The position numbers and the translations under genes were made by a program. The notes under the pieces are model-generated. The model was given only the letters and a program-made list of their open reading frames with translations. It was not told the origin of the DNA and ran no database searches. A stretch of DNA of 64,000 nt from Eledone cirrhosa (lineage: Eukaryota): contig OZ024746.1 of the NCBI GenBank assembly GCA_964016885.1, positions 18,352,001-18,416,000 on the forward strand, read 5' to 3'. This document shows, in pieces, positions 1-12,970 of the stretch (within the stretch, counting starts at the first letter, position 1; the number at the start of each line of letters is the position of its first letter).

Positions 1-108
1 CTATGACTTACTAAAGTAAACAAACCACTATCCGGATGGCCTCCAAAAACAACGGTCACCTTTTTAAAAGGGTACGTCAATATCTATTTGTAAAACTGTT
101 ATATATTG

Positions 109-173
109 TATTTTGTCTGATGAAGGCATACCATGATTTAACTTGGTATCCTTGAAATATGTATAATGAAATA
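109..173 (+). ncRNA. Type I hammerhead ribozyme, family A copy 1
   Basis: Stem I TATTTTGT/ATGAAATA, CTGATGA 117-123, stem II 124-153, GAAA 154-157, minimal stem III, AUA triplet (cut after 165). Confidence 0.75.
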
Positions 174-394
174 AATATGGTTTTATAAATATAGTTTCCA
201 TTTATTAATATTGTATATCTACTCCAAATATTTGTCGAGTGCTTTATATCAGTTATAATAATATTTGCTTGTTGTATCCCAACAATTTAAATAGAACTTT
301 TGCATATATATATATATATATTATGTATAAATATATATATATATATATATATACGATATTAAACAAATGGAAACTATATTTATAAAACCATATT

Positions 395-460
395 TATTTC
401 ATTATACATATTTCAGGGATACCATATTAAAAATATGGCATGCCTTCGTCAGATAAAATA
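395..460 (-). ncRNA. Type I hammerhead ribozyme, family A copy 2
   Basis: Reverse complement of copy 3; CTGACGA 452..446, GAAA 414..411. Confidence 0.75.
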
Positions 461-563
461 CAATATATATAAACAGTTTTATAAATAATTTTGACGTACC
501 CTATTATAATGGTCGCTTATAATAGGGTACGTCAAAATTATTTATAAAACTGTTTATATATTG

Positions 564-629
564 TATTTTATCTGACGAAGGCATGCCATATTTTTAATAT
601 GGTATCCCTGAAATATGTATAATGAAATA
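564..629 (+). ncRNA. Type I hammerhead ribozyme, family A copy 3
   Basis: CTGACGA 572-578, long stem II 579-609, GAAA 610-613, cut after 621. Confidence 0.78.
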
Positions 630-757
630 AATATGGTTTTATAAATATAGTTTCCATTTGTTTAATATCGTATATCTACTCCAAAAACTTGTCGAGTGCT
701 TTATATCAGTTATAAAATATTTACTGGTTGTAACCCAACAATTTTAAATAAAACTTT

Positions 758-760
<3 letters not shown>

Positions 761-833
<73 letters not shown>

Positions 834-956
834 ACATAGATCTATAGAATATGCATACCAACTCTAACACATATATATCCTAGAAACGATCGTAAAATGA
901 TGAATTTTTTTTAATATAAGGAACTGTTTCTTTGTTTATTCATTATTTTATTAATT

Positions 957-991
<35 letters not shown>

Positions 992-1400
992 GTATAAATA
1001 TATATATATATACATATATATTTATGTATGAATATATATATATATATATATATACATATATATATGTATAAATATATATATATATACATATATATATGTG
1101 TGTGTGTGTGTGTGTATATTTATGTGTATATATATATATATATATACATATATACACATAAATATACACACACATATATATATATATATATACACACACA
1201 CATATATATATATTTATACATACATACATATAAATATACATACATATATATAAATATACATACATACATACATATCATCATCATCATTTTAAGTCCGCTT
1301 TTCCCTGCTTGCATACATATATACACACATATATACACAACACACAATTTCATATCAAAAACAATGCAAAACAAATTCATATATATATATATATATATCT
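761..1400. repeat. (TA)n/(CA)n microsatellite-rich tract (representative of many in the window)
   Basis: Direct reading; source of the IYIY/CVCV pseudo-ORFs. Confidence 0.95.
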
Positions 1401-1678
1401 ATATAAAAGTTCTATTTAAATTGTTGGTATACAACAAGCAAATATTTTTATAACTGATATAAAGCACTCAACAAATAATTGGAGTAAAAATACGATATTA
1501 ACAAATGGAAACTATATTTATAAAACCATATTTATTTCGTTATACATATTTCAAAACTGCTCTATATTATATTTTATCTGATGAAAGCACACCATAATTT
1601 AACTTGGTGTCCTTGAAATATGTATAATGAAATAAATATGGTTTTATAAATATAGTTTCCATTTGTTAATATCAAATA
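1400..1678. mobile_element. Head-to-head partial family A repeats
   Basis: 1400-1553 is the minus-strand 3' part truncated at GAAA, joined to a plus-strand copy 1553-1678. Confidence 0.7.
1570..1634 (+). ncRNA. Type I hammerhead ribozyme, family A copy 4
   Basis: CTGATGA 1578-1584, stem II AAGCACACCA/TGGTGTCCTT with compensatory changes, GAAA 1615-1618. Confidence 0.78.
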
Positions 1679-2075
1679 TATATATATATATATACAGACA
1701 CACATATCATCATCAGCGTTTAATGTTCATTTTTCCATTCTCGCAGGGATTAGACAAGTTGTCCCATTGTGAGTCAAGTCAGGTCAAATGACCATATTTT
1801 GCTTATATGGAAGTGTTTTTCGTTTGGTTTAGATTCACAATTATAAGGTTTGTGAGTTCAATTCCTGGAGGTACATTGTGTTCTTGAGCAAGACACTTTA
1901 TTTCACTTTGCACCAGTTCACTCAGCTGTAGAAATGAGTTCCTCCTGTCACTGGTGCCAAGCTGTATTGGCCTTTGCCTTTCTTTTGGACAACATTGGTG
2001 GCATGGAGAAGGGATACTGGAATGCATAGGCGGCTGCTGGTCTGCCACAAAAGCACCTTGGAGGGTTTTGTTAAT

Positions 2076-2114
<39 letters not shown>

Positions 2115-2149
2115 TGCATGAATATGTATATAAATATATCATTACCATT

Positions 2150-3375
2150 TTCCATGTTTTTCTATGCTTACATTAAGTTGGACAGGCCTATTCCAGCACA
2201 GCATCCTTCCACTCTTCCCGGTCCTTCATCATCTCCACTGTGAGATTCAGAGATTTGAGATCACCTCTCACAGCTTCTACTCAGGTCTTCCTTGGACTCC
2301 ATCTACTGTAGCCCCTTCCATTGGGAATTTTTCGCATTTCTTCACCCAATGATCATGATCCATACACATCACATGTCCACACCAGTACAGTCTTCTCTCT
2401 TGCACACTACATCTGATTCCTCTTATATCCAGCTGTTTTCGCAGCTCATCCATACTTTGTTGTTCACACACATTCGCACTTGAACATGCTCACTAGCCTT
2501 TGCACATCCCCTGCATTTATTGCCTATGTCCCTCTGCCATGCAACATTGTACTTCACTCAGCCATTCTTTCTTTTGCAGACAGAAATATTTTGTTGTCAA
2601 CAGGGGTAATAGCTCCCTGAAATTTTTCCATCCTGTTCTTATCCTAGCTACTATGCTCTCGGTGCACCTTCTTCCCCTATTAATTTGATCTCCTAGGTTT
2701 CAGAAGCAATCAACCACGTCTATGAAACATTCATAGGACTGGAAAATATTTAAGTGATGCTCTTACTACCAATTATCCCTGCCCATCTGCCACATACAAA
2801 GTTTCCCCTTTCTGTTAGTCTGCCTCCTCTTTAGCTCTTCCACTGATTTTGCCATGAGAACCAGGTAATCAGCATACATAATTTTCCATGGACAACCTGT
2901 CTTAAGCTCCTTTGTTATGGCTTGGAGAATTTCATAAACTGGAGTGTACTTAGGACTGAGCCCTGATGAACACTAGTCTGCGCTTTAAATTCTTCACTAA
3001 ACTCATTACCTACTCTCACTTTACTGACAGCTCCTCTGTACACGGCTTGCACTGCTCTCACAAGTCATTCTTCTACACAGTTTCCTTAAGGACCACCAGA
3101 TAAAAGATTGTGATACTCTGCCAAAGACCTCCAGATCAATGAAAACTAGATTTAGTGGTTTACTAGGAACTTCTCGTATAGCTAAGAAGAGAGCATCTGT
3201 GGCACACAACCAAACTGCATCTCACTTAATTTGGCTTTTTTGCCTAATTAGTCTAGAACACTTCCTGTCAATTCATAACTTGGCCCATCATTTTTATGCC
3301 CTTGTAGTTGCTCCTATCTAGTGCATCACCTTTTCCCTTGTAGCAATCATGAATCTACTATGCCAGTCATTGGGC
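2150..3375 (-). mobile_element. Degenerate RTE-clade LINE fragment (RT to C-terminus)
   Basis: TDALF..LVFIDLE..RV.QS.IWWSLRKL and QERRLYWCGHVM motifs; many stops. Confidence 0.85.
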
Positions 3376-3419
3376 AGTTGTAAATACAAAGTTCCTCCCT
3401 GGTGAAAAATGCACCTCCC

Positions 3420-5330
3420 AACATAACTTAGTAGTGACCTTATAGTTAAGGCTAGACAAACTCAACACCAAAGCACAATTTGGAGGAAAAGAATACGGAA
3501 GTTAAAGAACCTCACAGTCAGTAAAAAATTTAGGGCTATATTGCTTGATGCTTTTGACAGTAAGGAAGAACAAAGAGAGACATACAGTATAAAGCAGTGG
3601 GAATTCCTGAAAGATAACCTACTGAAGGTGACAAACAAAATCTGTGGTTTGAGTAGGTCTCTAGGGAGAAGTAGAGTGACTTGGTGGTGGAACAGTAAGG
3701 TAGAGGAGACAATTAATGTCAGAAGACAAACATGGAAAGAATGGCAGAATGGGGGAAGTAGAGAGCACCACCAGGAGGCTAGGAGAGAAGCTAGGTGACA
3801 GGTATACTTTGCAAGAAGGGAAACAGGAAATAAGAAATTTAAACATGTTCTTCAATGCGAAGACCAAAGGTGTGACATGTTCAGGATTGTGAGGCAGTGT
3901 GTCAGGGAAAATTGTGATGTTGATGGAGAGAAGTGAGTCTAAGATGATAATGGTGTACTTGCACTCACTGATGCTGAAAATAAGGTAGCATGGAAGTGCC
4001 ACTATGAACGACTACTGAATGAGCAGAATGAATGAGAGGGACCGGCAATATAAGTCAGCAGTAGTATAATAAGGCAATCAAGGATATGATGACATGCAAA
4101 GCAGCTGAGCCTTCTGGGATGGTAGATCACCCCTTAACCAACAATATTGTAAACCAAATAATACAAAAAGATATCAGACCCAATGACTGGCATAGGAGCA
4201 TCATCGTCAACTGTTACAAGGGCAAAGGAGATGCTCTAGATAGAGAAAACTATACAGGTATCAAGTTGATTGACCAGGTCATGAAGGTCACAAACAGAGT
4301 TATAGCACAGCTGATCAGAGACTGAGTTAACCTAGATGAGATGCAATTCATGTTTTTTTTATCAACCTGCAGGCTAAAACAGAAGAGTTTAAAATTGGCT
4401 GCCCATGGGAGCTTCAGTATGCAGATGACCTAACCCTTATAGCTGAATCTATGGCAGATCTAGAGAAGAAATTCCAAACCTGGAAGCATGGCCTAGAATC
4501 TAAAGGTCTTAAAGTCAACTTGGCAAAGACCAAAGTACAAGTATGTAGAGAGGATAACAGAGCCCAGATTCCCTCAGGGAAATGGCCTTGCTCAGTGTGC
4601 AGGAAACAAGTAGATAGAAATTCCATCCTATGCCCAAATGCAAATTATGTACACAAGAGATGTAGTGGGATTTCAGATAGGCTAGCAAAAAACACAGGTT
4701 TTATATGTGGTCATTGCACAGGTGCAGTAAGTAGCAACAACCCACTGGACACTAACTCCTTTAAATGCCCAGATGGCTCAGTAAAAGTAGTTGATAGTTA
4801 ATTAGCAGTGGAAGTGAATGTTTCGAATATACTATAGCCAGAGAAAAAATGAGATGAGGAAATTCAAGTAGTTACTACTGCTGCTAACCACAAAAGGTTT
4901 TCCCTCAAAATGAAAGGCAGATTGCACGATGTAAGTACATGAACAGCAACGTTGCATGGCAGTGAGACCTGAGCTCTGTATGCAGAGGACCTGCGAACAT
5001 TTGAAAGAAATGAAACTTCCATGCTTTGATGAATGTGTAGTAGTAATATACATGAACGGCAAAGCATAAATGAACTAAGAGAGAAACTGGGCATAAGAGG
5101 GATCAGATGCAGTGTGTAAGAGAGGAGGATGCATTGGTATGGACATGTGATGCCTATGAAGGATGACAGCTGTATAAAATGGTGCAGAGGGCTCAAAGTT
5201 GATGGAAGCTGTGGTGTAAGAAGACTTCGGATGAGGTAATAAAAGCTGACCATTGTACAATTGCACCTCTCTAAGGCGATGAGACAGGATCAAGTTTTCT
5301 GGCAATATGCCTTAATACAGAAGAGCCACC
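3420..5330 (+). mobile_element. Degenerate RTE-clade LINE
   Basis: VTWWWNS, YKGKGDAL.R.NY.GIKL, QYADDL, GKWPCSVC, HGSET motifs with frameshifts. Confidence 0.9.
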
Positions 5331-5868
5331 ATCCCGTGTACACGGCTTGAAAGCATGCATCTCGTATGCACTACCTTCCCCTGCCTTCGTCCACGACCCT
5401 CACTCTCTTGCACCTCCCATGTCCTAACACTCTGTCCCTAGATCTACTTCCCCAATCCCCTCCCAAATCTCCAGCCAACACTGTAAATGGCTACGATGGC
5501 GGCACAACAAAAAGCGCCCAGCCCACACTGTAAAGTGGTCGTGTAGGTGTCACGACAAAAAGCACTCAGCACACACTGTAAATGTAGTTGGTTTTAGGAA
5601 GGGCATCCAGCCGTAGAAACCAATCAAAAACCTGTTCTGTATGCCCAAAAGACATGGTCCTCTCACAACGGGGCAACCCATCTAGCCCATGGACGTTAAA
5701 TGGTGATGATGACGAGAGAGAGGGGGAGAGTTACTAGTTTAGACTAGTAAGACCATTATTCAGCTAAGTACTCAATACTTGGTAAAGTAGAGTGTATGTA
5801 TTGTAAACAGTTAATGCCCAACAACTGAGCTCTTGCTGCCGGGCACTAACTCTTTACAACATACATAC

Positions 5869-5929
<61 letters not shown>

Positions 5930-6582
5930 GACAGATAGATAAATAAGGTAACATAACATCTTGCTTCGTCTTATTTTCTTGTTCGTCCATTTCGCATTGT
6001 CGTCTTTCAAACTTCAAATCTTATATATATAGATAGATATGTTTCTTTATTAGCCACAGATATATAGATAGATAAAGATTATATATATATATATAATTAG
6101 TATATTAGGTATATACATATATATATATATACATACATATATATATATATACATGCATATACATACATATATACATGCATATACATACATATATACATGC
6201 ATATACATACATATATATATATATACTTATTACATATATATATACTTATTACATATATATATATATACATATACACACATGATGGCTGCATACATATACA
6301 CACACATTTATGCATACATAAGAGGTTGTTGCCCGACATCACATCTCAAATATTATTTATTCGACATAAATTCACCACTGTTTCATATTTTCTTTTATAC
6401 TATTCACACCTAGTCTTAGGTCGATCTAATCAAAATAAATCGTTACTATAAAGCCTGTATGTACGTTCATCCATTGCATGCGTATATCTGTGTTTGTGTT
6501 TGAAGAGTGTGTACATGTATACATGTAACATTGATTACATTAAATCATATGTTTATATGCATATAATAGCAGAATGACTTAC

Positions 6583-6676
6583 CTGATAATGTATCAGGCT
6601 CTAACCCGGAGGCCACATCTAATCCACAGATCACGAAATAGTCGGCAAACCTATAAGAAGGTCCCTGTCCAGTCAT
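6583..6676 (-). CDS. DENND5: First coding exon of DENN domain-containing protein 5 (Rab6IP1-like); gene continues left of the window
   Basis: Translates [31 protein letters not shown](G), matching the DENND5A/B N-terminus ([19 protein letters not shown]); ends at CAG|GTAAGT, phase 1. Confidence 0.9.
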
Positions 6677-6995
6677 GATCCTGTCGAAGCCAAAAAGCAA
6701 GCAATTATCTCGTAGAAGCTAACCCTAAAATTCCACGTCTTCAAAGTCGTACTAAGGCGACACTTGTACACATATGTTGCTTCTAAACATTGGTAGTGTT
6801 CATTCGGATGAAGTCAGTGGTTGCCGCTATACGGTTATGTACGTGTAGCAAACATAGAGCGAGTACTGTGTTTACACACAGCAAATACACATAACAATAC
6901 ATACAGATACATTTACCTATGTTCACTTTTATGTAAGTGCTTTTTACGTATGTATGCTTAAATGATTATATGGAGGAAAAAGCTTTCCGATCCGT

Positions 6996-7003
6996 TGACG
7001 TCA
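6996..7003. promoter_or_regulatory. Palindromic CRE (TGACGTCA) in the putative DENND5 promoter
   Basis: Exact motif 320 bp upstream of the ATG in a locally CpG-richer region; function not shown. Confidence 0.4.
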
Positions 7004-7410
7004 CCTTGTATTCTCAGAATGATAAAAGCCAATACTAGCAAGATTTCATATGAATAAAACCATTGAATATTCAGTCCCTTTTATTATTTTCCTGGTTAAG
7101 GTTGCCAACACAGTGTGAATGAAATATACCAACAGTTCTTCTCGGATAACTTCATTTTATTTAACGCACTTCGAGGAAGTAATGTCGTACGAATAGTTCG
7201 GTGCCATTGAGTGTTGCTTTCTTGTATATTGTTTGTTTTTTTCTTTCACAGCCGTCAAAAGTCTAGGAAGACTTGTAACAAGGAATAAGCTGGGAGATAA
7301 TATATAAATATAAAAAAAAACAACTCAGTTTTCAGGCAAAGAACCTGTCGTTTATCTCCCCCAAAAGAGATGGACTGAGATTCATTACCACCATAGTGTC
7401 AGCTCCTCCT

Positions 7411-7428
7411 TGCCAACAGATGGCGCTG
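7411..7428 (+). promoter_or_regulatory. CTCF-like motif between the divergent genes
   Basis: TGCCAACAGATGGCGCTG resembles CCASYAGRKGGCRS. Confidence 0.35.
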
Positions 7429-7440
7429 TCAAATACTTCA

Positions 7441-7700
7441 CACAGATCACCACCTCGTTATTCACACACACTCTCTCTCTTTCTATCTTTCTCTATCGCA
7501 TAGATTACCACCTCGTTATTCACACACACTCTCTCTCTTTCTATCTTTCTCTATCGCATAGATTACCACCTCGTTATTCACACACACTCTCTCTCTTTCT
7601 ATCTTTTTCTATCGCACAGATTACCACCTCGTTATTCACACACTCTCTCTTTCGCTCACACAGATCAGCACCTCGTCATTCACACACATTCTCTCTCTCT
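7441..7700. repeat. 58-bp tandem repeat, about 4 copies
   Basis: CA(C/T)AGATTACCACCTCGTTATTCACACAC... at 7441, 7499, 7557, 7615. Confidence 0.9.
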
Positions 7701-8419
7701 CTTTATATATATGTATATATCTTTATCTCTCTCTCTCTCTCTCTCTTTATATATATATATATATATATCTTTATCTCTCGCGCTCTCTCTCTCTTTATAT
7801 ATATATATATATATATATCTTTATCTCTCGCTCTCTCTCTCTCTTTATATATATATATATCTTTATCTCTCGCTCTCTCTCTATAATCTATCCCCCTTTC
7901 TTTTTCTCTCTTTCATTTTTTCCTCCCCCTGTCTCTATCACATTTTTGTCTTTTCCTCCTACTTTCATTCTCTATCTTCTTTTCTCTTCCTTCATCGATT
8001 TTCATTCAATCTTTCTCTCCTCCTTTTCTTTCTTCCGTTTCTCTATATATTTTCTCTCTTCCTTTCCTGCTATCCTACCCTCTCCTCAGTTTCTCTTATT
8101 TCCTTTATTTTCTCCTAATTCTATTTTCTATTCATCTCCATCACTTTTCCTGTCAGATTTTATTCATTCTATTCGTAAAACAGTTATTCCCTCTTTAACT
8201 CCAAAGATAATGTTTGTGTTTATTTATTTATTTCATTCTTGTGTCTTTTGCTTCTGTGCCAAATAAAATAATCTTGGAGGGGGGGAACCATTTATCATGT
8301 AATTCTTGATTTAATATGAAGCAATTCTCTATATTATTTCTCATTAGTTATCTTTGGACTTTTAAATAAGTTTTTATTGTTGTTCCTTCTCTCCATTCCC
8401 CTCTGCCTCACTATATATA

Positions 8420-8830
8420 CGATCATCATCATCATTATCGTGTTTACGTCCATCCTTGCATACTTGCATGGGTTGGACGGGTCCTTTTCAACACAAAATC
8501 TCTCCACTTAACGCGTTTCTTGGTTATCTCTTCTCTAAGTCTCAATGATTTGAAGTCAGCTCCTCACCACGTCTTGCCAGGTCTTTCCTGGTCTACCTCT
8601 ACTGTGGTTTCCTTCCACTGGCATTACCTGACACTTCTTCACCCATCGACCATCATTCGTGTGCATCACATTTCCGTACCATCACAGTCTTCTCTCCTGC
8701 AAACCACCTCAGATTCCTCTTAAACCCAGTTTCTCTGTCAGTTCATCCAAGCTCTTCCTTTCTTTCACCATTACATTCCACATCAACAAAGCATGGCTAC
8801 TTCATTTCTCCCCAGTCTACACATGTTCTC
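8420..8830 (-). mobile_element. RTE LINE 3' end fragment with (CAT)n tail
   Basis: ERRL.WYG.VM and G.PGKTW homology. Confidence 0.75.
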
Positions 8831-9719
8831 AGCAAACAATAAGCACATTGCCCATAATACTTTTGCTGTGTACATTCGAGTGCCAACATTTGGTCTGGAG
8901 AACTGGTCATTACAAGAACTGAGTGAGATGGATTTAAGGACTCGGAAGCTGTTCAGTGTTAAAATATAACAATATTAGCAGTGGTACTTGACTTCGTTTG
9001 GAAAAAGACTGACCAAGTCAGTGGATAATATCTTGGAAAATAATGGTTTCTTGTTTAGACACAAGGTCAACAATTTTTGAGTGAAAGTTGATTAAATTAA
9101 CCTCACTGCATTTCTGGTACTTTATTTTATCAACCCCCATAAAGATGAAAAGCAAATCTGACCTTGATGGAATTTGAACTCAGAACGTAAAGGGATGTAA
9201 CTATATGCCACAAAGCCTGTTGTCCAGCGTTCCTAACAATTCCGCTAAGCCACTGCCCTTAATATCTTGGAAAATAATAATTGCAACTCTGCATTAATAT
9301 ATTATTTGAAGCACATTTATATTCAGTGTGTGAGTGAGTGAGTGAGTGTGTATGTGTGTGAGTGTATGTGTGTTTGTGTGTGTGTGTGTGGTTGTATGTG
9401 TATGTGCGTGGTCTTGCTTTTGTTCCGTAATGTAGTATTTCAATAGAGAACTATAATAAATAATAGATTGAAATAAGTGCTGGCATCAATCTAATCACCA
9501 AAACGTTTTAAGATGTCTTTGTATAACTACAAACCAGTTAAATGACTGAAACCAAATCAGTGAAAGATTGGATTCATTTTTATAGTTATTGTTCATTTGT
9601 TTTGTTAATTGTATGTGTATGGAACTAAAACAACACTGCACCTCACCACCCTTAAATATGAACAGCACACAATTAGAAGAACCCTCATATTCACTCCAAA
9701 TGCTAGGCATGACTCTCAC

Positions 9720-10260
9720 TAAAGATTACACAACAAACACACATCCTAAACATACCTAGAACTGCATCTAACAACTAGGCCCATCTCTTCAGAGCCAAAA
9801 ATTACTTCAGCCCCCCTACGAACTTCTTGACCATCTATAAAGTTCAGGTAAAACCCATAATGGAGTAGTGCTCCTGCGTCTGGATCAGTATTGTTGCCAC
9901 ACATACATACATGCATTCTAGACCGCATCCAGAAAAAGCCACAAGTCTAATCGGCATAAAATAACTGACCTGACACACTCCAGCCTCTGTTACTACAATG
10001 ACATCTGCTCCTCAGAGCTGGCTGACTTCATGCCACCTCCACTCAGGCTCCTCTGTCCCTGTCTCACTCGTCTCTCATCACCCATATTGTGTCCAACTCC
10101 CCAGAGTCTGCATTAATCACTACACACAATCCTTCCTCCCAAGAATGTCACCCCTCTGGAATTCTTTCCGTGCAGGAGTTGATCTACAACAATTTAAACT
10201 GAACATTGACAGCTGCAGTTTCATTGGTTTCAGAGGAACGAAAAGGTCAAGGACATGGCC
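9720..10260 (+). mobile_element. Jockey/CR1-group LINE 3' fragment
   Basis: YLG..., YKVQVKPIME.C..VW and SFLPRMSPLWNS motifs. Confidence 0.65.
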
Positions 10261-11124
10261 CTTTCTCCACACCTAGCAAATAAGGGTTTCTGATTTAGAT
10301 ACAAAACCAACAATTTTGGGGGAGGAGAAAGTCAATTAAATTGACCTTAGTGCATTATTGGTACTTTATTTAATCAACCCCGTAAGGATGAAAAGTAAAA
10401 CTAACCTCAGCAGGATTTGAACTCAGAATGTAAATAACCAGCTTATTTTATAAATTATTAATTTTTATATTTCAACTCATTTTCTATTTAACTTAGTATT
10501 TGTAACACTCCATTTCAATGACTAGCAATTCCAACATTTATCTCAATTACCATGTATATAACTGGTATGTTTATGTGGTTAATAAGTTTGCTTCACAAAC
10601 ATCTGGTTTCAGGTTCAGTCTTGTTGCATGTCACCTTGGGTAATTGTCTTCTAATACAGCCTTGGGTTGACCAATACCTTGTGATTGGAATTTGGTAGAT
10701 GGAAACAGCAGAAGTTTCTCATGTGTGTGTGTGTATGTCTTTGTCTGTGTGTGTGTCTGTGTCTGTGTATGTGTCTGTGTCTGTGTATGTCTTTGTCTGT
10801 GTATGTGTATGTGTATGTGTCTGTGTTCATGTCCAATAGTCCAGTAGTTGAAAAAAATAATAAATAAATAAACTAAGTAACAAACTTGAAAAAATAGGTA
10901 CTGGGGTTGATGTGATCAACTAAATCAAGGCAGTGCCCCAGCATGGCCGCAATCTGAAAAGAATTTACTTTCCTTTATGTGTGATATTGATTTTGTCTCT
11001 AATTTTGTTTTGGAACATAAATATTTAGGGCTTATTTCTTTTAAGAACTTTTCTTTAATGTTCAAATTATCCATTGAGTAATTTTGACTTCTAACAACTG
11101 ATCTACAGATTTCATAACATTGTA

Positions 11125-11335
11125 TTGGCAGCAATTGGTAGAGCATCGGACAACATGCTTTGTGACATATAGTTACGTCCCTTTATGTTCTGAGATCAAA
11201 TCCCACCAAGGTGAGCTTTGCCTTTCATCCTTACAGGGTTGATTAAAATAAAGTACCAGTAATGCACTGGGGTAGATTTAATCGACTTTCCCCTCCCCTA
11301 AAATTACTGGCTTTGTGATTAAATCAGAAAGCATT
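11125..11335 (+). mobile_element. tRNA-derived SINE with Meta-like central domain (representative; similar copies near 9050-,10290-,13490,17640-,25370,42170,43465,45125,46415,56150,63350)
   Basis: A/B-box-like head (TGGTAGAGC..G(A/T)TCAAATCC) then CTTTGCCTTTCATCCTT.CGGGGT.GATAAAATAAAGTACCAGT. Confidence 0.75.
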
Positions 11336-12515
11336 ATTCAGTGACACAGTAGTCAGAAATCCACTAGATATAGCAAGCAAATCAATCGCCTATTGGATGT
11401 CATGTTAAAAGATGTGATATTTACATACAGTCATCTGCACTGAGTGGCAAAGCAGTAAAAAGGCAATGTTAGTCTTTTGCTGACTACTACCTGCTGCCTG
11501 CAGACTGGCATGGCTATCCTTAATGTTATCATCATCATCAACATCATCCTCATCACCATCATTATCATAATCATCACCACTACTACCATCATAATCCTCA
11601 TCACCACCAACACCATCATCATCATCCTCATCACCACCACCACTACCATCATTATCTTTATCATCATCATCATCATTTAATGCCCATTGTCCCTGCTAGC
11701 AAGGGTTGGAAACAGGGAGTATCATGAAAAAAGTGCCCCGAAACGGGGAGATTTTACTAAATATATACCCATTTTCACAAATAATGAAAGCTATACCCAT
11801 TCTAAGAAGAGAAGACATCTCTAACCCACCCAAAAGTGGGTGGGAGATCTCTCCATCGGATGGGGACAGTTGACAGGTCTGTTTTTATGTTGGCTAAAAT
11901 GCCTCCGATTAATTGAAATGTAATAAAACTGACTGTGAATCAAAGCTAGATTGCTGACCTGGTTTGTTTGTATTTATATTATTCTTACTACTTTTAACAT
12001 ATTCTGACATCTGTCTTGAGCCTGAAGACACCTCAGGCTGGTACTTATCCTGGTTTCTGTGGTGTTAAGTGACTGAGAGTATAAGACTTAACCCTGGACA
12101 GTATGCCAGTCCACCGCAGGGTTAAACCCCCAGCTATTGCTGGTACTCATTTTCAGTTGAGTATACTGGAGCAACATGAAATGAAGTGTTTTGCTAAAGA
12201 GCACAACACACAACCCAGTCCAGGAATTGAACCCACAACATTATAATCGTAAGTCTAACACACTTACCACTAGGTCACTTACCTCCACTATTGACATACT
12301 GAAGGTAATAAATGTCAATATTTTTAAACTCAGAAACTGAAAAGGCAATGTTTCTTTTATTCTATTTTCTTTTTTAATATTTTATATTTAGTCATGAAAG
12401 GTTCTATTTGTTCATTTAGCTATGTCATGGTTGAATAGAAATGACTATGACCCATTCTTAAAAATACCATGTACATTTGACATATTGAAAGGAAAACTAC
12501 TACATCAGTTTAAAC

Positions 12516-12970
12516 TACTGTTTCCCCTATTATAAGACCTACTCCAAAAATAAGCCCTAGCGTGATTATTTAGTTGCTGTCTAAAGCATTTTTGCGAAAT
12601 ATTAATATAAAAAATAATGTAAAACACAGATTTCCAGAGTCTTGCTGATTAACATTCTTTTAATGATATTGTTTTTAACTCTATTATATCCTTTATTTTT
12701 GACATCAATATAATGATACTTTTATCAAAACTCTTGTGCTGTTATTTTTTGTGTAAAAATATAAGGTCTACCTCGAAAATAAGCCCTAGTTAAAAGGGAA
12801 ATTAATATAAGACCTGTCTTATATTATAGGAAATGTATTTATTGTTGTTAGCTCTTCTATAGAAATATTGGGGCTCACAACATATGAGCTCACATATTCG
12901 GTTAATTTAACACTTTTTCTATTTGAGGAAACATTATTATAAGACTTGTCTTATAATAGGGGAAACAGTA
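12516..12970. mobile_element. Tc1/pogo-type MITE
   Basis: TIRs TACTGTTTCCCCTATTATAAGAC / GTCTTATAATAGGGGAAACAGTA with terminal TA. Confidence 0.8.

Larger units (their letters stand above)
70..760. mobile_element. Cluster of about 235-bp family A hammerhead-bearing repeats (+,-,+), Penelope pLTR/retrozyme-like
   Basis: 70-303 and 525-760 are direct copies ending in (TA)n; 349-509 is an inverted copy. Confidence 0.7.

Noticed and set aside
951-1453. Long IYIY/CVCV/MMMM ORFs here and throughout (e.g. 6097, 7410, 11431, 19496, 31631)
   Set aside because: Translations of (TA)n, (CA)n, (CT)n and (CAT)n microsatellites
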